Shown in pieces: positions 1-8,040 of a stretch of DNA of 50,089 nucleotides (the stretch's first letter is position 1; the number at the start of each line of letters is the position of its first letter). This DNA comes from an uncultured Acidimicrobiaceae bacterium (lineage in GTDB: Bacteria; Actinomycetota; Acidimicrobiia; Spongiisociales; UBA5794). Where the stretch lies: the NCBI GenBank assembly GCA_964579415.1, contig CAZOGW010000005.1:1-50089 (forward strand), written 5' to 3'. Under the pieces are notes generated by a model that searched no databases, was not told the origin of the DNA, and saw only the letters and a program-made list of their open reading frames with translations. A program made the position numbers and the translations under genes.

Positions 1-32
1 TCATCGGGGTGTCCCCACCGGTGGCCCTGGGT

Positions 33-389
33 CTAGCGCAGCACCACGTGGTCGCGGTTGATGCGAAGCGGTCGCTCGACCGGGAACTGAGCTGCCAGCT
101 CGATGTGTTCCGCGGCCCACTTCTTCACCCACTCGCGGTCATCCGGGTTCGAGTCGGTGACCCACCCACCTTCCTGGAGGCTTGCGAAGAGCAGGTCGGT
201 GTAGGTGGCGGCGTCCATGTTCAGGTCGCGGGCCACGAAGCAGGTGGTCGCCTTGTGGCTGCCGAACCCTCCCATGGCCCGCTCGCAGCCGCAATCCGGA
301 TTGGCGCACACGAGGGGTGGGAAGTGGACCAACTCACCGGGCACGGCGAACCTCGAAAGTGTTGATATGTAAGGTGTCCAGCCTCTCAT
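33..389 (-). CDS. small conserved hypothetical protein (118 aa), Cys-containing; paralog of 9274..9642
   Basis: Complete ORF with G/C-rich third positions. It aligns end to end with the 9274..9642 product (VPGELVHF, CGC-x-RAMGGF, ATTCFV-RDL, TYTDLLFASL, DDREWV-KWAAEH, RDHVVLR). I cannot name the family. Confidence 0.6.
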   Translation of the reverse strand: MRGWTPYISTLSRFAVPGELVHFPPLVCANPDCGCERAMGGFGSHKATTCFVARDLNMDAATYTDLLFASLQEGGWVTDSNPDDREWVKKWAAEHIELAAQFPVERPLRINRDHVVLR

Positions 390-602
390 CCGTCTCGGCA
401 GAGTCGACGATCCTCAGCCAGGGCACGTCCCGATTTCTCTCACACTCTCATGTATGACGCTTGCGGAGTTGCTCAGCAGTCGGGGCGCGGTGGTGATGCA
501 CCACTCGGCATGACCGGAGCTGATCGGCGAGTGCCGTTTCGCGGGACACCTTTAACTTGGAAGTGAGTGGGAAGCTGTCCGCGTCACCTGGTTCTCACTC
601 CA

Positions 603-628
603 GTCACATCCGCAGCGTTCTGCGGGTC
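603..628 (+). promoter_or_regulatory. candidate ECF41-type promoter (GTCACA-N16-GGTC) upstream of the sigma gene
   Basis: GTCACA at 603..608, a 16-nt spacer, then GGTC at 625..628. The same GTCACATCC-N12-GGGTCA pattern recurs upstream of the epimerase gene. It is one mismatch from the reported ECF41 consensus TGTCACA-N16-CGTC. Confidence 0.45.
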
Positions 629-646
629 AGACTCAGATGAGGCCGC

Positions 647-1558
647 ATGAAGGGAGGGTGTGAACCGGTGGATGAGACTCAGTGGCTGGCCGAGCGCTTC
701 GAAGAACACCGCGGTCGGCTGCGGGCACTGGCCTACCGGATGCTCGGTTCGCTGCCGGCCGCCGACGATGCGGTGCAGGATGCGTGGTTGCGTGTCAGTC
801 GAGCGGGGGCGGGCGACGTCGAGAACCTGGGGGGATGGCTGACGACGATCGTGTCCCGCGTGTGCCTGAACATGCTGCGCTCACGCAACACTCGCCGCGA
901 GGACTTCTTCGGGGTGCAACTACCCGACCCCGTGGTCGCACCGGTCGGTGGGCACCAGCCCGAGGAGGAGGCGATGCTGGCCGAGTCGGTGAGCCTGGCA
1001 CTGCTGGTGGTGCTCGACACGCTGGCCCCGGCCGAGCGGCTGGCATTCGTGCTGCACGACATGTTCCAGTTGCCCTTCGACGAGATCGCCCCGATCGTGG
1101 GACGGAGCCCGGCGGCGGCCAGGCAGCTCGCCAGCCGGGCGCGGCGGCGGGTGAGTGGCGCCGAGTTGCCGGCCCCGGACCCCGACGTGGATCGTCAACG
1201 AGAGGTGGTCGACGCCTTTCTCGCCGCGGCTCGCGGCGGGGACCTCGATGCCCTGGTGGCACTGCTCCATCCCGACGTGGTGCTCCGCTCGGACTGGGGC
1301 GCCCAGCCGCCCGCAGCCTCCGTCGTGGTGCGTGGAGCGGACGCCGTTGCCGGCCTGCCCCACGTGTTCTCCGATCCGACGGCACAGGTGCACCCGGCGC
1401 TGGTGAACGGAGCCGTCGGAATGGTGGTCACCCTGGCCGGCCGGCCCTTCGCCGTGATCGGCTTCACTGTCGTCGAAGACCGGATCGCCGAGATCGACGC
1501 CATCACGGATCCCGACCGCGTTCGGCGCCTCGCCGCCGCCGTGCTCACCGGCGACTAG
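647..1558 (+). CDS. ECF sigma factor with fused C-terminal SnoaL/NTF2-like extension (SigJ / ECF41-like)
   Basis: Sigma2 region (DAVQDAWLRV, WLTTIVSRVCLNMLR), sigma4 region (ERLAFVLHDMFQLPFDEIAPIVGRSPAAARQLASRARRRV), then about 100 extra residues. No anti-sigma gene is adjacent. The true start may be the GTG at 668, which is preceded by AGGGAGGG. Confidence 0.85.
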   Translation: MKGGCEPVDETQWLAERFEEHRGRLRALAYRMLGSLPAADDAVQDAWLRVSRAGAGDVENLGGWLTTIVSRVCLNMLRSRNTRREDFFGVQLPDPVVAPVGGHQPEEEAMLAESVSLALLVVLDTLAPAERLAFVLHDMFQLPFDEIAPIVGRSPAAARQLASRARRRVSGAELPAPDPDVDRQREVVDAFLAAARGGDLDALVALLHPDVVLRSDWGAQPPAASVVVRGADAVAGLPHVFSDPTAQVHPALVNGAVGMVVTLAGRPFAVIGFTVVEDRIAEIDAITDPDRVRRLAAAVLTGD

Positions 1559-2501
1559 CCGCCGACGGGCCGGGCCTGGCCGTCGATGCGTACGCGGCCG
1601 CGAAGCCTTGCCGCCAACTGGGGTGGTGCAGCGTCCATCCCAGCTCGCGCTTGGCTTTGGCGTTGGAAGCGCCGCGGGCCTCCGTCCCCATCATCACCGC
1701 GCCCTGGCCCGCCACCAGCCGGGCAAGCCAGCGAGGGACATGCCGGGGCGGTTGGGCCCCGAGCGCCGTGGCGAGCACCGGTAGCCACTCGCTGACCGGT
1801 GCAGGTTCATCGTCGACGATGTTGTAGATGCCGGCGGAGCCGTGCTCGACGGCCAGCACCGTCGCCGTGGCGGCATCGTCGAGGTGGACGAAGGACGAGA
1901 CACCCATGCCGCTGCCGACGACGGGGAACTGCCGCTTGCGGACCGGCTCGATGATGGCGTCGTTGGCGGCACCGTAGAAGCCCCCGTAGCGGAGGGCGGC
2001 ACCGCCCGCGTCGGTCACCACCCGCTCGAGATACCGCATGGCGGCCTCGGTCCGGCGCATCGTCGCCACCGGGGCGGTGTCGAGCGGATCGTCCTCGGTC
2101 TTGACGGCTCCACCGACGCGGGCATACCGGTTGCTGGCGAAGCTCTGGGCGACGAACCGGTGCACCCCCGCCTCGCCTGCGGCTGCCAGGAGCGCATCGG
2201 TGCCCTCGATCCGAAGCCGGTTCGTCTGCGCGAACACGCGGTCTAGGTTCCTCGAGAAGCGCACTGCCGACAGCGCCGTCGCCTGATGGACGATCGCATC
2301 GGGTCGGGCATGGAGCACCACCTTGCGCCCTGCGCCGGCGTCGAGCAGGTCGAGCGCGACCGGCTCCGCCCCCAGCTTCCTCAGGCGTTCGGCGTTCCCC
2401 GACGATCGGAACGTGCCGCTTACCTGGTGTCCTCTATCGACCAGCTGGGCGACGAGCCGGCTGCCGATCGCACCGCTCGCTCCAGCAACGAACACTCGCA
2501 T
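1545..2501 (-). CDS. NAD(P)-dependent epimerase/dehydratase (SDR) family protein
   Basis: N-terminus MRVFVAGASGAIGSRLV is a Rossmann GxxGxxG motif. The ATG at 2501 is preceded by AAGGAG. The longer ORF up to 2576 adds an Arg-rich leader and is rejected. The 3' end overlaps the sigma gene by 14 nt, convergently. Confidence 0.85.
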   Translation of the reverse strand: MRVFVAGASGAIGSRLVAQLVDRGHQVSGTFRSSGNAERLRKLGAEPVALDLLDAGAGRKVVLHARPDAIVHQATALSAVRFSRNLDRVFAQTNRLRIEGTDALLAAAGEAGVHRFVAQSFASNRYARVGGAVKTEDDPLDTAPVATMRRTEAAMRYLERVVTDAGGAALRYGGFYGAANDAIIEPVRKRQFPVVGSGMGVSSFVHLDDAATATVLAVEHGSAGIYNIVDDEPAPVSEWLPVLATALGAQPPRHVPRWLARLVAGQGAVMMGTEARGASNAKAKRELGWTLHHPSWRQGFAAAYASTARPGPSAASRR

Positions 2502-2563
2502 CGTGTCATCTCCTTTGGTGACGGGTTGGCGTACTGAGCGCCGACTGGCGGTTCTGGTCCCAT

Positions 2564-2589
2564 GACCCGCCGCCACGATGGGATGTGAC
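2564..2589 (-). promoter_or_regulatory. candidate ECF41-type promoter upstream of the epimerase gene
   Basis: The minus strand reads gGTCACAtcccatcgtggcggcgGGTCat: GTCACA, a 16-nt spacer, then GGTC. The implied TSS lies roughly 50 nt upstream of the ATG at 2501. Confidence 0.4.
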
Positions 2590-2730
2590 CGCGGGTCAGG
2601 TCAGGAGGCGGCGTACGCGGCCAGGAAGACGCGCACCGCCTCGTCGGCGTAGCGGTGGAGACCCTTGCGGGGGAACGGGGTGTCGCTGCCGTGGTACAGC
2701 GCCTTGTTGAGCGGGATGGCAGTGAACCTG

Positions 2731-5700
2731 CTAGTCGGGCAGTGGCCACGCCGGACACGTCGAACGACGGGGCTCGGCGGCGCCCATCAGGTCGGTCCAT
2801 TCCTGGGGGGTGAGATTGCGACCGGCGCGACGGCAGGCTTCTTCCCGGAGATCTTCGGTGGCGAGCGATGCCACCCGCACCTCGTGGCCCAGGGGATCGC
2901 CTCCGGCGGCTCCCGAGTAGAGGGTGGAGCCGTCGGGGGAGATGGCGGCGCGTGGTGAGGGGATCACGCCGGACAGCGATCGCCCGGTGGCGATGTCCCA
3001 CATCTCGCTGCCGTGGGATCCCGAGGTCACCAGCAATCCGTTCTCCGAGAACGAGAACGAGGTCGGTGGCACCGTCGCCGCGAACAGGTCGGTGACCGGC
3101 TCCAGGGTCGACGGGTCGCGGAACACGAAGGGCCCGCGGCCTCCGGAGGTGATGAGCAGCCCGTCCGGAGTGAAACCGATGCGCACCGCGTTCTCGATCC
3201 ACCCGACCGGGGTGGCCTCGGCCGGGGTGACGTCCCAGACCACCGAGACGCCGACGGCGCCCATCGCCACCACCAGCGACCGCCCGTCGATCTCCGCCGC
3301 GGCCACCATGCGGGTCTCTCCAGGCAGAGGGGCCACGTCCGAGAGAACCAGCGGGTGGGGGAGGGGGTCGAGGGAACCGGCCTCCCACAGGTGGACATTC
3401 TCGCCCCTGCCCCCGACGGTGGCGACCACCGTCCCGCCGCGGGCGAAGGCGGCGCCGTTCTCGGTGAACGACCACACCTCGCCGGCGTCAACCGGACCGG
3501 CGATCCGCCGGTACGTATCGACATCCCAGACGCTCAGCGACGCCGGGCAATACTCGCCGGTGTCCCGCGGGCAGGTGAGTGTGGCGACCTGGCTTCCGTC
3601 GGGGTTGAACGCAAGGCCGGTGAGGCTGTGCTCGGGGCCGAGATCCAGTGCGCCGGCGTGGTCGAGAGTGTCACGGTCATGGAACTGGACGCCGCGCCCG
3701 GCACCCCACACCGCTAGGACCGAACCGTCGGGCGACAAGCTGACGTGACCGGGGCCGGGAGGCTCGAGCAGGGCGCCGATGTCATCGACGGGGCCCAGGC
3801 TCCACACCGAGATGGAGCCCGCGCCGTCGGCGGTCACCATCGTCGAACCGTCGTCGGCGAAGGCGACGCCCGGGAACCCGTCCTCGATCGAGGTCACCAT
3901 GCCTGCCGTGCCGGCGTCATCGAACCTGGAGAAGAGCTGGAGCTCGACCGGTGATCCGGCGACCACCGTGCCGTCCGGCGCCACCGCCAGCGACACCAGC
4001 CCGGGGACACCGGACTCCCCGAACGGTGCCCCGACAGCCTCGAGGTCCTGCATGGCGAATCGCTGCAGTTGCATCCCGACCATGACCAACTCGTCGGCGC
4101 CGGGGACGGCCACGATGCTGGAGACCGCCTCGGCGAAGCCGGTATCCACCTCCCGGGAGATCACCGACCCTTCCCCCAGGTCGAACAGGTAAAGCACCTC
4201 GGGACCGCCGACAGGCAGCGTCGCCGTTGCCAGCACATCCCCGGATTCGCCGTAGGAAAGTGTGGAGAGCTGCTGGCCGCTCCCGGTGTCGAGCACCTCG
4301 TGCACGGTCCAGTCCCCGACCCGGTATACCTGAATCTCCCCACGGCCATCGGCGACCGCCAGGTGGTCGCCCTCGGGGGAGAACCGCGCCCAGTAGATAT
4401 GGTCGGGCATGCCGGGGAACGCCACCAGTTCCCCTCCCGTGACGGTGTCGTAGACGATGACTGCCGCTCCTCCCTGGCCGATCCCGGATGTGACCACCAT
4501 GGCACCCGTCGGGTGCAGATCGACCCCGTGGACCGGCGCCGGCGGGCCAGGCAGATCAAGGTGACGCACAGAACGGGTGACGAGGTCGACGATGTCAATC
4601 GAGCCGTCGGCCCGCTTGCCCACCGCGATCGACCCATCGGCGGCGGCGGCCAGGGCGCTGTACTCCGGGGCCGGGGTGGGGATGACAGTCCTGGTCGGGC
4701 CCGAGTTGCCGAACAGGGACGCGATGAGGGAGCGACGCGTAGCCGCCGAGTCCTCGAGGCGGTTGGCCTCGACCGCGAGCAGGAGCGCCCGGCTGCGGTC
4801 TTCGGTCACCGCGTCGGTGGCGGCAGCCGCCAGTGCGGCGCTGCGCGCCGATTGAACGGCGCCCGTCTGGTCCTGTGCCCGGTTCCGTTGGCCGACGGCA
4901 ACGAGACCGGCGACGAGGGCGACGACGACCAGGACGGAAGCGGCGAGGAGGAGGCGCCGTAGCCTCCGGTTCATCGAGCGCTGGGCTGCCAACACCTCGT
5001 CACGGGCTGCGATGGACTGCGTCAGGAACTCCTGCTCGGAGGCGGTGATCTGGTCTCGATGGATCTCCGCCCACTCCTCGACGACACCGAGCCGCGATCC
5101 GCTGTACAGATCGCCGGGGTCACACCCGCCCTCATGCCACGATCGCGTCGCCGCCGTCAGCCCGGCCCTGATGGCGAGGCCGGCTCCCTCCTCGTCGATC
5201 CAACCCTGCAGCCGGGGCCAGGAACGGATCAACGCCTCGTGGGCGATCTCGACAGTGGGCTCCCGGGTCTCCGGGTCGCGATCGAAGGTGAGCAGCCGGG
5301 CCTCGCCGAACCGGTCCACCACCCGGTTCATCGCCGCGGCGTCGCCGGAGAGTTGGAGGACCTCGCGGCGGCGCACCCGGTGGCGGACATCATCGATGTC
5401 GCCGTGGCTCACCAGGCGGAGGAACATGCGCCGGGCGCACTCCTGCTCGGCAGGGGAGGCGGAGTCGTGGATGTGTCCGGCCCGTTCGGAAACCGCTCCG
5501 GTGAGCCCTCCGAGTGCCCGGTAGTCGTCGAGGGTGATGGTGTCGCCGCGGCGTCGATCGAACATCTCGGTGAGGCAGTACTGCAGGAGGGGAAGCGCAC
5601 CGGGGTGGTCGGTGGTAGTGGCGACGATCTCGGCGGCCAGGGAGCGGTCGATGGCTACGCCGACCCGTTCCGCCGGGGCGACGATGACCTCCTCGATGTC

Positions 5701-7845
5701 GGCCGGGGACATCGCCACCAGTGGGACGGTGCCTGACGCCACCAGATCTCCCAGTACCGGGTCTTCGAGGGGACGGTCGTAGAAGTCGGCGCGGAGCGTG
5801 GCGACCACGCGCAGCCGGCGGTCCGGCGCGGCGACGGCCTCGGCCAGCCTGGCGACGAACCCACGCCGTACCGCGTCGTCGGCGACCTGGGTGAAGAGCT
5901 CTTCGAGCTGATCGATCACCAGCAGGACATGGCTACCCGGCGGCAGGACACGGTCGAGGGTGGCGTCGATGCCGTTTCGCAGCGGGTCGATCATCCCGGA
6001 AGTGTTTCCCGCGGCGATCTCGGCGATCGCCGACGCCAGCTCGACGAACGGCGATCGGCCGGGGACCATGGTGATGACGAACCAGTCTCCCGAGCCGGGG
6101 AGGGCTCCCTCGCGGAGGCGGGGAACCAGTCCGGCCCGAACCACGCTCGATTTCCCGCTCCCTGAGGCCCCGACCAGTGTTACCAGCGCCGGTGCGGAGT
6201 TTGCGGCCATCAGTGCCAGCAGGAGATCCACCGCGGCTTCGCGGCCGTGGAAGTCGGCGGTGTCCTCTTCGACGAACGGGCGGAGTCCTTTGAATGGATT
6301 CGTTGCGGGGCGATCGGTCCGCCGGGCGCTCTCCCTCATCCGCCCGATCGCGGTTGCGAAGCTGTCCAGGAACGTGGGCACATCCGGGTAGCGGTCTGAA
6401 GGGTCCGGAGCCCCGGCTCGGGCGAGGACACCGTCGAGGGCGAGCAGCTCGGGTCGGATCTGTGACAGTCGCGGGAAGCCGGCTCCGCTCCTGTCGGGCA
6501 GCGGTGGCAGTCCGGCCAGGACGTGATAGGCGAGCGCCGCCAGCGCGAACTGGTCGCGAGCCGCTGCCGGTTCGCCACCCCCGGGCGGCCCGTAGCGGTC
6601 GTCGGGAATCATGGCGGCGATGGAGTCGAGGGCGCGGTCGAGTTCGATGCCACGCACATGAGCGACTCCCTCCCCGTCGAGAATCACGTCGTGCGGTGTC
6701 AGCGCGCCGTGAGCGAGGCCCTCCTCGTGGGCGGCGCCGATGGCTGAAGCCGCCGCTTCGACGATCGATGCCGCCCGCTCCACCGGCAACGGGCCCTTGT
6801 CCTCGATGAGGGTCAGCACCGAGCCGCCTGACAGCGACCGGGTGACGAGGTGAGCCGACCCCGGTTGGCGCCAGAAGTCGAAGATGGGCACCACGTGGCG
6901 ATGCTCGAAGCGGGCGACCCGTCTCACCAGCGCCCCGAACCGCCGGATGAACTCGGGGTGATCGGCAAGGTCCGGTCCGAAAGACTCGACCACTACCTCG
7001 CGCTCCAGGCCCGGCTGGATAGCCCGGTGGGCGGTGCCGTGGCGCCCCCGAGTGGCCTCCCCGACGATCCGGTACCCCTTCAGCTCCGGAGAGGGACCGC
7101 CGAGCAGCCCGGCGTCCTGGACGACGATGCGCTCTTCGAGCTCGAGGAAGGCGGCACCGGGTTCAAGACCGAGCTCGGCCAGGGATGTCCGATAGGAGTC
7201 GCCGGTCCGCAGTGCGTCCGCCTGCCTGCCCGACCGGTACAGCGCAACCATGGCGCTCAACCGCCCCGCCTCGCGTAGCGGGTGCTCGGTGACGAACCGG
7301 AGCAGCCCCGGAGCCGCGGCGGCATGTTCGCCGGCATCGATCTGCGCGCCGAAGCGGAGTTCCTCGGCGGTCAAACGCAGCTCCTCGAGGCGGAGTGCTT
7401 CGGCGTGGACCCACTCCTCGTCGGCGAACTCCGCATAGGCGGCGCCCCTCCACTCGGCCAGCGCCTCGTCGAGCGTGCCGAGTCGCCCGGCGGCGTCGGT
7501 CGGGTCCATCCGCTGCGCCTCGCGGAGCCCATCCTCGAAGCGGATCGCATCGATCGTCGAGCCCGCCAGCGCCAGGGCGTACCCGGGCGGTGCGGTGACG
7601 ATGACCGTGCCCGAGCCGTCGTCGGGGAGAACCCGCCGGAGGCGGGCGATGTAGCTGCGCAGCGTGGTGGTGGCTGCCGCCGTCGGACGGCCCTCGAAGA
7701 CGATGTCCGCCAGCCGGTCGGCATGGACGGTCTGGTCCACGTGGAAGAGGAGGGCGGCGAGCAATCGTCGCTGCCGTCGGCCACCGAGATCGACGATCTC
7801 GCCGGCGGCGGTCACCTCGAGCGGCCCGAGGACTGCGAAGCGCAC
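2731..7845 (-). CDS. 1704-aa multidomain protein: SARP (wHTH+BTAD) - pseudokinase - P-loop STAND NTPase - TM helix - WD40/PD40-like beta-propeller
   Basis: GTG at 7845 preceded by GAGGAGG. Domains, N to C:
- SARP N-terminus VRFAVLGPLEV... followed by BTAD-like helices.
- A kinase-like fold with degenerate catalytic motifs.
- NPFKGLRPFVEEDTADFHGRE, Walker A GASGSGKSS and Walker B LLVIDQLEE.
- A hydrophobic helix LLLAASVLVVVALVAGLVAV flanked by Arg.
- Repeated blade-like segments (SVWSL, SVWDV, HLWEA, VVWDV, EMWDI).
- The tail CRRAGRNLTPQEW. Confidence 0.85.
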   Translation of the reverse strand: MRFAVLGPLEVTAAGEIVDLGGRRQRRLLAALLFHVDQTVHADRLADIVFEGRPTAAATTTLRSYIARLRRVLPDDGSGTVIVTAPPGYALALAGSTIDAIRFEDGLREAQRMDPTDAAGRLGTLDEALAEWRGAAYAEFADEEWVHAEALRLEELRLTAEELRFGAQIDAGEHAAAAPGLLRFVTEHPLREAGRLSAMVALYRSGRQADALRTGDSYRTSLAELGLEPGAAFLELEERIVVQDAGLLGGPSPELKGYRIVGEATRGRHGTAHRAIQPGLEREVVVESFGPDLADHPEFIRRFGALVRRVARFEHRHVVPIFDFWRQPGSAHLVTRSLSGGSVLTLIEDKGPLPVERAASIVEAAASAIGAAHEEGLAHGALTPHDVILDGEGVAHVRGIELDRALDSIAAMIPDDRYGPPGGGEPAAARDQFALAALAYHVLAGLPPLPDRSGAGFPRLSQIRPELLALDGVLARAGAPDPSDRYPDVPTFLDSFATAIGRMRESARRTDRPATNPFKGLRPFVEEDTADFHGREAAVDLLLALMAANSAPALVTLVGASGSGKSSVVRAGLVPRLREGALPGSGDWFVITMVPGRSPFVELASAIAEIAAGNTSGMIDPLRNGIDATLDRVLPPGSHVLLVIDQLEELFTQVADDAVRRGFVARLAEAVAAPDRRLRVVATLRADFYDRPLEDPVLGDLVASGTVPLVAMSPADIEEVIVAPAERVGVAIDRSLAAEIVATTTDHPGALPLLQYCLTEMFDRRRGDTITLDDYRALGGLTGAVSERAGHIHDSASPAEQECARRMFLRLVSHGDIDDVRHRVRRREVLQLSGDAAAMNRVVDRFGEARLLTFDRDPETREPTVEIAHEALIRSWPRLQGWIDEEGAGLAIRAGLTAATRSWHEGGCDPGDLYSGSRLGVVEEWAEIHRDQITASEQEFLTQSIAARDEVLAAQRSMNRRLRRLLLAASVLVVVALVAGLVAVGQRNRAQDQTGAVQSARSAALAAAATDAVTEDRSRALLLAVEANRLEDSAATRRSLIASLFGNSGPTRTVIPTPAPEYSALAAAADGSIAVGKRADGSIDIVDLVTRSVRHLDLPGPPAPVHGVDLHPTGAMVVTSGIGQGGAAVIVYDTVTGGELVAFPGMPDHIYWARFSPEGDHLAVADGRGEIQVYRVGDWTVHEVLDTGSGQQLSTLSYGESGDVLATATLPVGGPEVLYLFDLGEGSVISREVDTGFAEAVSSIVAVPGADELVMVGMQLQRFAMQDLEAVGAPFGESGVPGLVSLAVAPDGTVVAGSPVELQLFSRFDDAGTAGMVTSIEDGFPGVAFADDGSTMVTADGAGSISVWSLGPVDDIGALLEPPGPGHVSLSPDGSVLAVWGAGRGVQFHDRDTLDHAGALDLGPEHSLTGLAFNPDGSQVATLTCPRDTGEYCPASLSVWDVDTYRRIAGPVDAGEVWSFTENGAAFARGGTVVATVGGRGENVHLWEAGSLDPLPHPLVLSDVAPLPGETRMVAAAEIDGRSLVVAMGAVGVSVVWDVTPAEATPVGWIENAVRIGFTPDGLLITSGGRGPFVFRDPSTLEPVTDLFAATVPPTSFSFSENGLLVTSGSHGSEMWDIATGRSLSGVIPSPRAAISPDGSTLYSGAAGGDPLGHEVRVASLATEDLREEACRRAGRNLTPQEWTDLMGAAEPRRSTCPAWPLPD

Positions 7846-8040
7846 GTGAACCTCCTCGCCGAATCCTGGCGAGAGGTTCACACCGGTGCGTTGCAGATGC
7901 GTGGCAGTCGGAAGACCCTGCCGAACTCGGTACTTGGCCGTCGAGAGGGTACCGGGTGGTCCCGACGCCGCAACGCCATTGCCACATCCCGGTGAGAAGG
8001 TCTCCGCCGGAGAAGCAGCCGCCGTCGGCAAGGAGATCCC

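Noticed and set aside
682-1827. Long overlapping or antisense ORFs across real genes. Examples are 682..1827, 795..1385, 2420..3475, 10376..11737, 10408..11934, 13803..15857, 20217..21434, 23767..25506, 29552..31234, 30594..31715 and 49098..50000.
   Set aside because: Their products are Arg/Pro/Gly/Ala-rich low-complexity strings with no motifs. Each overlaps, in another frame or on the other strand, a gene with clear family signatures. Long open antisense frames are expected in DNA this GC-rich.
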